Below, piece by piece: positions 1-11,106 of a stretch of DNA of 64,000 bases. Source of the DNA: Dipteris shenzhenensis (Eukaryota); the NCBI GenBank assembly GCA_047967505.1, contig CM106538.1; one strand, 5' to 3'. The position numbers and the translations under genes were made by a program. Positions within the stretch are counted from its first letter, which is position 1. Each line of letters starts with the position of its first letter. The notes under the pieces are model-generated. The model ran no database searches. It worked only from the letters and a program-made list of their open reading frames with translations, and was not told the origin of the DNA.

Positions 1-2389
1 GGGGGAGAAGCGATTGTCATCAAGCTTTTCAACAAACACTCAAAGTGATCCTCATTCCAATTTCTACTTCTGCTTGGTCCATACATTACATCCAAAAAGG
101 CAACCCCTATTGCCATTGGCTCTTGGTACACATTATGTATAAATTCCATTCCCTCCATGTTTGAACCGACTGTGTAGAACCTCCAAGGCCGGGTGGAATT
201 CGGTCCATGACTTGCACCTTCACTTTGTCCCATAATCCACCTCAGATACCCCTTTGCAGCATCAGGCAATGGTGGAGTTTCCTTGCCCTGTTGAAGCTTC
301 ACTTTTAACCATGAGTCAGAGCAACCACGAATCCGATGATACAATTCTGGAGTAATTTTAAAATGTAATCTGCACTCATCCCAATTTTTTAACATTAAAG
401 AAGGCCGTTCTGCCGATATAAACATATAAAGTTCTTCTTGTAGTGCAGCATCTCTCTTGATTTGCATAGCTCGTCCTTCAATATCAAGAATCATGGCATC
501 AGTCTTTGTTTTAGCTATGACTACTCTACCTTCCTTAATGTCATTTTGAATTTGACCAATTTGATCATCACTCAATCCACGCAAGCATCTAAACATTGAG
601 ACTGTGGGTTGCCTACGGCATTTTCCATCTTGTGAATATTTGCCTGCAATGTAATCCTCAAGGATGGAGATCCAACCATCATAAATGGCATCGCTTGTGA
701 TTATCATATGTACATCCTTCGTGGCAAAGCTATTGCCCAATGTTACCTTGCCAGTGTCAATGAAAGCCTGCAAAATATATGCATCCATTAGAATGCAATA
801 ATTAAGAAAACCGACTTGTAAAAAATGATTCATAATTAAAATCTGTACTTACATCCCAATTCTCACGATCTGGATGTCCTTTTGCAAGCCCTTGTTGTGC
901 TTTCTTGGGTTTGTTAAAGAGAATCCATTGTCCCCTCACCTGCTTAAGTATATCAATGTATGGAGATTGTCTCAAGATATTTTGAGACTCCAGGTTTGCC
1001 ATCTTTGATATCTCCACACAAAAGCGTGCAGGACAATTCACTACAATCCTCGCCTGGCGGGTGCGGTAGTAGTTCTTTCTTTGGGCCGTGCTGTTATCAT
1101 CATTAGATGTGAATATTTTAGCAGCATATATTGAATGTTGTCCAGACAGTATCCAGTAGTGGCACTTGGTTAAATCCTTTTTATCTACCCTTTCCAGGGG
1201 CTGCTTTGTTTCAGGATTGAAAGGCATTAAATCCGCTACAGCAGCAGGAGGCCTAGAGTTATAACCGAAGTCTGTAGCAAGCTTCTCCACATGCTCTTTG
1301 TTCAACCCTCTATATACATAGCTTGGAGGAGCTTTTTGACATCTTGCAACTGGAATTGAAAATATTGCATGCAACCCGAATGGGTAGTATTTTTCATATT
1401 CCACCAAGCCTGATGGTTTCTTTTGCCCTTTTTTTCCTATGACCTTTCCACTTGGCTCCAATTCACTCTCGGGGGGGTCACTATGTATAAACCCTCAATA
1501 TCACGTCGTGCGTTCAAGGCCTATATTTAAAATCCCTTATCTGTAAAAGATTTTGTTAATAAAATGTACCCATTTTCTATACAAATCTATAAATTTTTCC
1601 CAAAACTATTTTAAATAGTCCCTTATGTATATTTATTTCTGTAAATCTTAGAAATAAAAAATATCCTTCTGTTGAACTCACGTGATAGGGTTACATATGA
1701 TGAGTGACCCCCCCGAGAATTCACTACCACTGCTTCTTTCCACAACTGCTAGCATGCCCTCTGGAGGTGTTCCTTCTTGTGGTACATCAACTATAGTTAG
1801 CTTTCCTTTCTTTGCCCCTTCTCTGCTACCACCTGGTGCTTGAACCATAGTTGATTTACCTTTCTTTGTTCCTTCCCCACTATCTTCCCCACTCTTACGC
1901 TTCTTTAATGTTGCTGAAACTTTTCGATATGATTCAATGATTGTTGTCATTGTGTGAATTTCATTTCCATCAATTGATTCAACACTTATCTAGCCTCTTG
2001 AGTGCATGTTGTCATCTACATCAGACTTCATACGAGATTCTTTATAATCACTGGGATCCAAGAGAAACTTCTTATTTTGATTTATAATGATCAACAATCC
2101 AATATCTCCCTCTTTTCCAACCACATCTTCAGTGATTTGATGTACCGATCCAACACAAGTGTATGCACTTTTATTAGGTAACAAAACAAACAAGTGAACT
2201 CGTGTCAACTGTGCTCCCTCAATACTATATATGTCAAAGTACCAAGGTATGCTTTTTTCTGCAAATCCACTTACAACTTTCTCAACCTTCTTCACATTTG
2301 TGTCTTTCCTGTAAAAGACCCAAGAAATATACAAACTATCATCTTTATAATCTTTAATGTTAGACAAAACACATTATCGATAAACATAT
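1..2389 (-). pseudogene. Transposon-associated gene with a ParB/Sulfiredoxin-like domain and a possible degenerate amino-methyltransferase-like C-terminal region; runs off the window edge
   Basis: ORFs 1990..2367 and 1678..1950 share a frame across a TAG. Removing the MITE at 1468-1717 plus one TSD restores SSGSELEPSGKV into ORF 802..1461. A GT-AG intron at 768-852 is followed by a frame open to position 1. Motifs: YRGLNKEHVEKLATDF...HYWILSGQHSIYAAK (ParB/Srx GxH-type) and MAIGVAFLDVMYG...NWNEDHF (DPPY-like position). Confidence 0.55.
1468..1717 (+). mobile_element. MITE copy 1 (250 bp; 14-bp TIR CTCGGGGGGGTCAC; 8-bp TSD AATTCACT)
   Basis: Terminal inverted repeats; TSD at 1460-1467 and 1718-1725; two near-identical copies elsewhere in the window. 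Confidence 0.95.
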
Positions 2390-2452
2390 CTGAAATAGAA
2401 TCTAGAATTGACACTAGACATAGTAGTAGATTTGAGAAAGTACTAGATTCTA

Positions 2453-3853
2453 GGGAGATTTGGCCGCACTAGGGAGATTTGGCCGTGCGGCCAAATCTTA
2501 TGGGCTTCTTTTAAAGCACTGGAAGGGGAGGTTTAGATGTGTGGCCAAATCATATGGGCTTCTTTCAAAGCACCAAAGTTTGGGGAGATATGGCCTTGTG
2601 GCCAGATCTTGTGGGCTTCTTTCAAAGCACTAGGGTCTGGAGAGATTTGGATGTGCAACCAAATCTTGCTAGCTTCTTTCAAATCAGTCAAATCTTTCTA
2701 GCTTCTTTTAAATCACTTGGGTTTAGGGAGATTTGGCTGTGCGGCCAAATCTTGCTAACTTCTTTCTAATCACGAGGGTCTATGGAGATTTGGCCGTGCG
2801 ACTAAATCTTTTCAAAGCACGAGGGTTTGGGGAGATTTGTGTGCAGTCAAATCTTGGTAGCTTCTTTCTAATCACAAGGGTCTATGGAGATTTGGCCGTG
2901 CAGCCAAATCTTTTCAAAGCACCAGGTTTAGGGAGATTTGGCCTTTGGCCGTGCGGCCAAATCTTGCTAGCTTCTTTCTGATCACGAGGGTCGATGGAGA
3001 TTTGGCCGTGCGGCTAAATCTTTTCAAAGCACGAGGGTTTGGGGAGATTTGTGTGCAGTTAAATCTTGGTATCTTCTTTCTAATCACAAGGCTCTATGGA
3101 GATTTGGCCGTGCGGCCAAATCTTTTCAAAGCACCAGGTTTAGGGAGATTTGGCTGTGCGGCCAAATCTTGCTAGCTTCTTTCTAATCACGAGGGTCTAT
3201 GGAGATTTGGCCATACTACCAAAGCTTTTCAAAGCACCAGGGTTTGGGGAGATTTGTGTGCGGTCAAATCATGCTAGCTTCTTTGTAATCATAAGGGTCT
3301 ATGAAGATTTGGCCATGCAGCCAAATCTTTTCAAAGCACTAGGTTTGGGGAGATTTGGCTATGATGCGAAATCTTTCTAGCTTTTTATAAATCACGAGGG
3401 TTTAGGAAAACTTGACTGTGCCAAATCTTGCTAGCTTCTTTCTAATCACAAGGGTCTAGGGAGATTTGGCCGTGCGGCCAAATCTTTTCAAAGCAACAGG
3501 ATTTGAGGAGATTTGATTGTGATGCCAAATCTTTCTAGCTTCTTTTAAATCACCTGGGTCTAAGGAGATTTGGCCATGCGGCCAAATCTTGCTAGCTTCT
3601 TCTAATCACGAGGATCGAGGGAGATTTGGCCATGCGGCCAAATCTTGCTATCTTCTTTCTAATCACGAGTGTCGAGGAAGATTTGGTTGTGTGGCCAAAT
3701 CTTTTCAAAGCAGCAAGGTTTAGGAAGATTTAGTTGTGATGCCAAATCTTTATAGCTTCTTTGAAATCACCATGATCTAGGGAGATTTGGCTGTACGGCC
3801 AAATGTTGTATGTTTTGAAAGAAGCCAGAAGATTTGGCCGCGTGGCCAAATCT
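2453..3853. repeat. Tandem array of ~44-55 bp units, each containing the palindrome AGATTTGGCC-N4-GGCCAAATCT; ~205-bp higher-order period
   Basis: Repeated ggagatttggccgtgcggccaaatctt followed by gctagcttctttctaatcacgagggtc or ttcaaagcaccaggttta. Near-identical spurious ORFs start at 2733, 2945 and 3150. Confidence 0.95.
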
Positions 3854-3857
3854 CCCC

Positions 3858-4010
3858 ATTTAAAATTTAAAATTCAAATCTTAAGATTCAAATTTCAAAT
3901 CTGAAAATTTCAAAATCTTAGATTCAAAATTTAAAATTCAAAATTTAAAATTCAAAATTCAAAATTCAAAATTCAAAATCTTAGATACAGAATTCAAATT
4001 TCAAATTTGA
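3858..4010. repeat. AT-rich (AAAATTC)n-like repeat
   Basis: Repeated aaaattcaaaattc; a reverse-complement version occurs at ~5515-5640. Confidence 0.8.
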
Positions 4011-4399
4011 AGATATGAAAGTCAAATCATATACTTAAGACCCTACTTTCAAATCACATTTTGAGATTCCTACTTTTACAAGACTCTTTCTTTCAAATCG
4101 TGGTGTTCCGAAATGGAGAAAGTGGAGAACATGCATGAATTAGGTACACTTTCGATTTCTTTCATTTTCTTACTTGGATGATTGAGTAGCCATTGTTGTT
4201 TATGAGCTTCTGCTCTTTGGATTTCAAGCAATCGTAGGAGCTGAGGGGATTTTGTCCAAAGGGGATTTCGTGAAGAGGGGTTCTGTGAGATTAACTCGAA
4301 AAAGGAGAAGCTTCAGACTGTTGTTGACGACACGGAAGCCTCACTGACAGTCACGCTGGCGAAGAAGAATGGGCCTGCTGAGGGCTACGAACCTGCCAC

Positions 4400-4780
4400 T
4401 GAATAACTGTGAAGAAAACCTGTGCGGAGGAAAAGTAGAGCGGCACTGAAACTGTGCTACGGAGGAGGAAAAGCAGAGTGGCGCTGAAACTGTGCTGCAG
4501 AGGAAATGAGTGGCGAAGGCAACCGAAACTATGGTAGCGCAGACGAAACTGATGACGAGGATGACAGAGGGAACTGTGGTAGCGCAGCCAGCCGGAACTG
4601 TGGTAGCGCAGCCGAAACTGAGGACGAGGATGGTAGAGGAAACTGTGGTAGTGCAGGCCAAAACTAAGGACGAGGACGGTAGAGGGAAAGAGCGCAACCG
4701 AAACTGAGGACGAGGACGGCAGGGGAAAGAGCACAGCGGAGGAAGAGATGACGAGGAGGGCGCCGAAACAGCAGCAGCGT
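4400..4780. repeat. GC/CpG-rich degenerate tandem repeat (gaaactgtggtagcgcagccgaaactgaggacgagg)
   Basis: Several imperfect copies are visible; the overlapping low-complexity ORFs are probably not coding. Confidence 0.75.
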
Positions 4781-5647
4781 AGGAGGCCTTAACGGAGTGG
4801 CACGGATGAAAGGACGGAAGGAAGCGAAGGAGGAGGACGAGGACGGCGGAGGAAGAAGGCAAGAAATCACGCAAAGAAGGGGAAGAAGCAATCCAAAAAT
4901 AGGCTTTTGGGGGGAAAGAAGCAATCCCCCCAAAAAAGCATGCTTTTGGGGGGAGAGAGCAATCCCTCCAAAAGCATGAAGAGCAAAAAAAAAAAAAAAA
5001 AAAAAAAGAGACCTCTTTCTAATCCAACTATTGTGTGTGGAATCTATGGAGAGTTGAATTGGTAATGGAATTTTAAAACCTACATGGTTAAGTACACATT
5101 GTTAGGACAAAACTGGGATGGGGAGCCTCCCGGGACCTCTTATTTTAATATAGTTTTGAAGTTTTTTGCTTGCAATTAGCTAAGCAAGGGTGGAGGAGTG
5201 TTTTCCAAGAACTACCCCATCTAAGATGTTGTGCTAAAGCTCTCAAACCACCCTAGGCACACATTGGAGATCTAGGAAGGGAGAGAACAAGGTGAGCCTA
5301 GCACTTGATCCCCCATGAAGACGAATTCAATTCCTTCTCATAGGTTTACTTTTTATGCTTGGTTTAAAAGGTTAGTTTAGCTTTGCCTTTTAAAGTTTTG
5401 GTTTTTTTATAGTTTTAGATTTTCTAGTTTGCTTTTAAAGTAAAGTATGATTTTAAAGTGTAATAGCGTGAATCATGAAAAGCATGTATGATTTTTTTGA
5501 AAGTAGGATCTCTACATTTGAATTTCAAAATTTGAAACTTGAAAATTGAAATTTGAATTTTTTATTTTAAATTTTGAATTTTGAATTTTAAAATTTAAAA
5601 TTTAAATTTTAAAATCTGGATCTTCAATTTTTAAATTTAACGTTTGA

Positions 5648-6372
5648 AGATTTGTCCATGTGGCCAAATCTTCCTAGTGATTTGAAAGAAGCTAGCAACA
5701 TTTGGCAGCACGGCAAAATCTTCCTAAACCCTAATGCTTTGAAAGATTTGGCCACACGGCCAAATCTCCTAGAACCTGGTGATTTGAAAGAAGCATGCAA
5801 GAGGAGGTTGCATAGCCAAAACTCTCCATACCTTAGTGCTTTGAAAGAAGCCTACAAGATTTGGCCACACGACCAAATCTCCCCAAGTTTGAAAGAACGC
5901 CACAACCAAATCTTCTCAGTGCTTTGAAAGAAGTCACCGAGGTCTCGAAGGATTTGGCCGTGCATCCAAATCTTGCTAGCTTCTTTGAAAGCACCAAGGT
6001 TTGAGCAGATTTGGCTGTGTGGCCAAATCTTATTGCTTCTTTCAAAGCACTAGTGTCTTAGGAGATTTGGCCATGTGGCCAAATCTTGTTGGCTCCTTTC
6101 AAAGCACCAGGGTCTAGGGAGATTTGACCATGTGGCCAAATCTTGTGGGCTTCTTTCAAAGCACCAAGGTCTAAGTAGATTTGGATGTGTGCATAAATCT
6201 TGATGGCTTCTTGAAAGCACCAGCATCTCGGGAGATTTGGTTGTGTGGACAAATCTTGCTATCTCCCTTTCAAAGCACCATGGTCTGTGAAGATTTGGCC
6301 ATGTAGCCAAATTTTGCTGCCTAAAATTCAAAGCACCAAGGTTTAGGAAGATTTGGTCTTGCAATGAAATCT
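5648..6372. repeat. Second array of the GATTTGGCC-N4-GGCCAAATC palindrome family, with an internal orientation switch near 5935
   Basis: Linkers at 5648-5930 read tttgaaagaagctagcaa (reverse complement of the left array); linkers at 5940-6372 read ttgctagcttctttgaaagcacc (same sense as the left array). Confidence 0.9.
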
Positions 6373-8446
6373 TGTAAAGCATTTTCATCCTAAGTCACAC
6401 CATCAGATATCAATATTGAACTATAACAAATGCTATGTACTATGCAGGTGCCACATTGAAAGTGGGGGTTAAAGTCAACTTGCTTGTCAGTGGAAAGATT
6501 ATTGCCATTGGGACAATATTCTCTACATCACATGATGACATGTGCCAAGGTGTGCCCTTGGGAGAAAACAATGTATCGGTGGCGATCGATATGTGTATGG
6601 ATGAAAGTGCACTTCTTCCATTTCCTACAATGGATGCATTCTTAGTCTATGAGGCTTTGGGTAGTGTTGTTCGTTGGAAAGCACAATCAATGAGTTGTGT
6701 GGACAATGTCAATGGAGCTATTGTACCAATGAATGATATAACATTAGATACCATTGATGTTGAACCTCTATGTGAATATGATGAGTTTTCCATTCGAGAA
6801 TCATGGAAGGACAAGAAAGCCGAAAACCAAGAGCATTGCAGAGGTTGTTGTTTTGTATGTCTACCCATTTGAACCTATAAATTTTGAGATGCTTGGTGAA
6901 GGTAATCTAGGTGTGGGAATTGAAAAGTATCACAGTGATGTATCAAGCATTGATACCATCCACTTAATAAAATGGCCCATTGCACAAATAACCTTTTTAG
7001 TTGGAACTTCATTAAGAATCGATGACACCATGAATTCTTCAAGTGGTTCTGGGAAAAAGCACATGGAAGATGAGGACCCAATGAAAAAATCCACAAAAAA
7101 GAGGCGTTACTACATGATAAAGAGAAAAGCTAAAAAACATGGCATGCCATTAGCATCATCTAGACTCACAAGGGATGCAGTCATAAAAGTATCTATGATT
7201 GATTGTTGTAAACAAAATTGTTGTCAATTTGTCGATCGTCAAATGATCTCCAAATTACGCAGAGTATTGGGGCCAAAGTTTGGAGGCTCGCACCAATTAT
7301 GTATATGACACTCTTGGGGTTGCTTGTCGAAAAGATGACAATGGGTAGTTCAAATATGTCTTTTCATTAAATGGTATTCAAGTTTGTTGTAGAGCATGGT
7401 ATGAAATGCATGGTATTCCAAAAACAACATTTTATCGATACAGTGAGCAATTTGAAATTGGTATACGAAGGTGCATACATGGTAATAAAGGAATCGTGCG
7501 GAGAGGTTGGGACCACACAGAACTGGGTAGAGCCATAATCCAAGATTTTGTGGATAACAATTCTGAGCGTATGCCACACAAAAGTAGAACACTTCAGGAT
7601 GGATCAAGGGAAACACAGTTGGTGATACCGGATGTATACAAGCAGGTTGATATTCTCTGTGAAGTTAACATGCAATTAAAGCATAGTTTGGGTTGTAAGG
7701 AGATGTCAACTTCCACATTCAACCGCATATGGAACTCTGAATTCAAGCATGTAACTTTGTCAAAAACAAGTGAATTCTCTAAGTGTGGTTTATGTAGTGC
7801 AATCAAGGCTTAGCTTGCAGCGACAAAATGCCAAAATGAACGTAATAAGTTGATGGAAGATAGAAGAAAGCACATGTTACAGCAAAAAAGTTGTAGAAAT
7901 GTGTACTACACTTGGCGAGATTTTCTGAAATGTATCCTCAGACATACTTGTGCATTATCCATGATAAGATGGACCAAAAGAAGACAGCCATCCCTAGATT
8001 ACGCAATCGTTCAAAGGACATAGACAAATCGTTTCAGCTCCCAGTGGCTTTGACTGGCATGATAACACATGGACATGGTCAAGGACGTTATGGTCACTTT
8101 TCTTTATCCTTGTGGCCGTCGGATCCTAACTTCACAATTGGTTCATTGGCTTTGTGTTTGAGAAATCTTGAAAGATTTGATAACCATGCACTTGGAGATT
8201 TGGTACATGATGGGATGCCAAGGTCTGACAATGCTCTGCTAAACGCACTAACCTCAAGAGAAGCATTGGATTCTCACTATGTTTCTAATGGCAAGCAACA
8301 ACTTCATCTTGGAGCAGTGGGTGGAACATTCAAAGACCTTGGACTTGGAAGTTCCCATCAAGAAAATCCTTATAAGAAACTACCCGAACACCTATTGTTG
8401 CAGTTGGATAATTGTGGTTTTGAAAACAAGAATAGGTACTTGTTTG

Positions 8447-11106
8447 TGTTGGGATATCTCAAGGTGTATGCCTCAGGCACACCTTGGTTTCTATGTGTGA
8501 GTGCTAGAGGCACAGTTAGGTGCCCATAAGCATAGTTAGGTGGTGGAAGAGCCACATAGGATGATTGAGAGAATCTAGGAGCAGATTGAGGAGATGATTG
8601 TGGAGCTCTGAAGTCATCAGTGATGTCAATGAGCATGTATGAGGTGCCTACTTAAGGACCTCATTCTTCTTCATTCTACAAGCAAGTAATGCAAGTATTC
8701 TGAGTTTGTGTCCACTCTTTGCTTTCCTTTCAGTGTTCAAACATGATATCAGAGCCTTTGATCCCCCTTGAGCCCATTTTTGCCACATCATCTTCTTCTT
8801 CTTCATCTTCTTCTTCTCCATTTTCCTCCTTCTTCCCAAAATCTTTGAGAGCTTGGTTCTCCGCCTACAAACCACCATTGCCCAAACCCTCTGAGCTGGA
8901 AACTCCTCTAGTATGGGCAAACTTCCACCTGCAAGCAATTGAAGAAAAAATGTCTCTGTTGGCTGCCATTCTCCAAAAAGCGAATTTCTTCTGTTGCTCA
9001 ATACTCCCTACCTGCTCTGCCATTGCCTGAGCCCTCTTAGGAGTAGATGGGCGACCTCAAGACGAAGATTTTGAGCCATTTTTCAGGTCGTTTGGTAAAT
9101 TATTAACGAGAGAGAAATCATCAAAACTCAAGTTCAGCCTGTGGCAACTCTCCCGGGCAAAAGTCCGCACCATTTCATCCAACCTCTGTGCTGGACCCTC
9201 TCTGGTATATGAGCTTTCTTTTGCTTCAAAAAGCCCTCTTTTCCTTGCTTTGAAGAGTGAGCTACAAGCCCTCCAAGTTCAGCCTTTTGGTTTTGACAGT
9301 TTTGGACAAGTTTTTGAAGATGATGCTACATAAAATGCTACTCTAGCATTTCTGGTTTTTTTGAAACTTTCAATAACTTCAGTACAAGTGTGGCTTCAGT
9401 TTTGTTTTGAATTACTAGACCTGGTTTTGATTGGAAAGTTCTCATTTTAAGCCACCTCTGTGAAGCATGTAAGAAGAAGCATCATTGTTTGAATATTGGT
9501 CACTAGTCTTTGCTACATCAAGTGCTCATATTTTGGAAGTCTTTCAGTTATTTTTTGCCTTGTAAGAGAGATAGACACTGCCCAATATCTGGGTTAGACC
9601 CTCTCATGGCTACCCTATTGAATCTAGAAAAGTTCAATGGAAAGGGCTTCCATACATGGCAGATGAAGGTGAAATTTGCATTGATGAGGGAGAACTTATG
9701 GGGACTTGTCAAACCTACTCCTACCGCTTCTTCTACGGCCTCCAATGCTGGAGAATCCTCAACTCCGACACGACCGGCAAGGGATCCAGCTAGAGAAGAA
9801 AAAGCATATGGTATCATTGCTCTTGCTTTAGGAGATGATTATATACACCATATCTCTGACTTGGAGTCTCCTTCGGAAGCTTGGTAGAAGCTTGACATGA
9901 TTTTTGGTGCTAGCTCTCACATCTCTAAACTATCACTTAAAATCTCTTTCTTTGAATTGAAGATGACTAGTGGTACTACTTTAGCAGCTCATGTCAACTA
10001 TATGCGGAGTCTTATGACTCAATTAGCTTCTATCAACTCTCCTATTTCTCCAGATGATGCTATGGCAGTGTTACTTAAGAGCATGCCTGAAGATTATGAT
10101 CACATAGTTACCACTTTGAAAAATCTTCCTAATCCTAATCTTGAAGGTATTATCTCTGCTCTCCAAGAAGAAGAAAGGCATATGGAGCTCAGGAAAGGCA
10201 ATGACACTGTGTATGCTGTAAAAGTCCAGAAGGGCAAGTATACCCCTTGCAATCACTGTGGAAAGACAAATCACCTTTCAAAGGACTGCTTCAAAATTAA
10301 TCCATGCAAGCACTATGGCAAGAACAACCATAATGAGAAGTTTTGCAGAGCCAAAGCAAAGACAGAAAATGCAAATCTACTTTCAGTTGATAAGCCTCCA
10401 CAAGATGAGGCATCCTTTGAAGATTATGCATTTTAAAACATCTCTATGTATGCTCCAGATATCTCTTTTTATGTCAAGGTACTCAGCCTGGATAGTCCTC
10501 CAAAATGAATGAAATAAACCATTGTGTTTTGTGTGTTTTGTAAACACCTCTGGTCACCTTATGATGTAGGCCATGTGTATGTTTTGCTCCATGGTACCTC
10601 CTGCAGACATTGTGTGCATGTACATGCAGGGGAGATAACCATTGGAATGTCTTTTTGTATCCCTTTTGTTTACCTTACACCCAAGGGAACCCTTGCTAGC
10701 ATGAGAACCTAGCCATAGATTAATCCTTGACCACCATGAGATGGCATGAGAAACTATGAGACTAGATGTATCCTTGACATAGCCTGAGGCATTCCCTTGA
10801 GGGGGGGTTTGTTGGGATATCTCAAGGTGTATGCCTCAGGCACACCTTGGTTTCTATGTGTGAGTGCTAGAGGCACAGTTAGGTGTCCATAAGCACAGTT
10901 AGGTGGTGGAAGAGCCACATAGGATGATTGAGAGAATCTAGGAGCAGATTGAGGAGATGATTGTGGAGCTCTGAAGTCATCAGTGATGTCAATGAGCATG
11001 TATGAGGTGCCTACTTAAGGACCTCACTCTTCTTCATTCTACAAGCAAGTAATGCAAGTATTCTGAGTTTGTGTCCACTCTTTGCTTTCCTTTCAGTGTT
11101 CCAACA
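8447..11106 (+). mobile_element. Non-autonomous gag-only LTR retroelement (TR-GAG-like, copia-type gag), 2660 bp
   Basis: 297-bp LTRs at 8447-8743 and 10810-11106 (TG...CA; 4 differences counted). TSD GTTTG at 8442-8446 and 11107-11111. PBS TGATATCAGAGCC (Met-type with one mismatch) at 8744; PPT GAGGGGGGG before 10810; no pol. Confidence 0.95.
9606..10436 (+). pseudogene. gag: Copia-type Gag (UBN2-like region plus two zinc knuckles) with one in-frame TAG
   Basis: LEKFNGKGFHTWQMKVK...EAW*KLDMIFG...; CNHCGKTNHLSKDC and CKHYGKNNHNEKFC. Confidence 0.85.

Noticed and set aside
4341-4979. ORFs of 60-177 aa in the central GC-rich core
   Set aside because: Low-complexity translations of a tandem repeat on both strands with no recognisable domain.
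2453-6372. CRISPR array or coding ORFs in the GATTTGGCC arrays
   Set aside because: Linkers are repeated rather than unique spacers; the ORFs are translations of the repeat.
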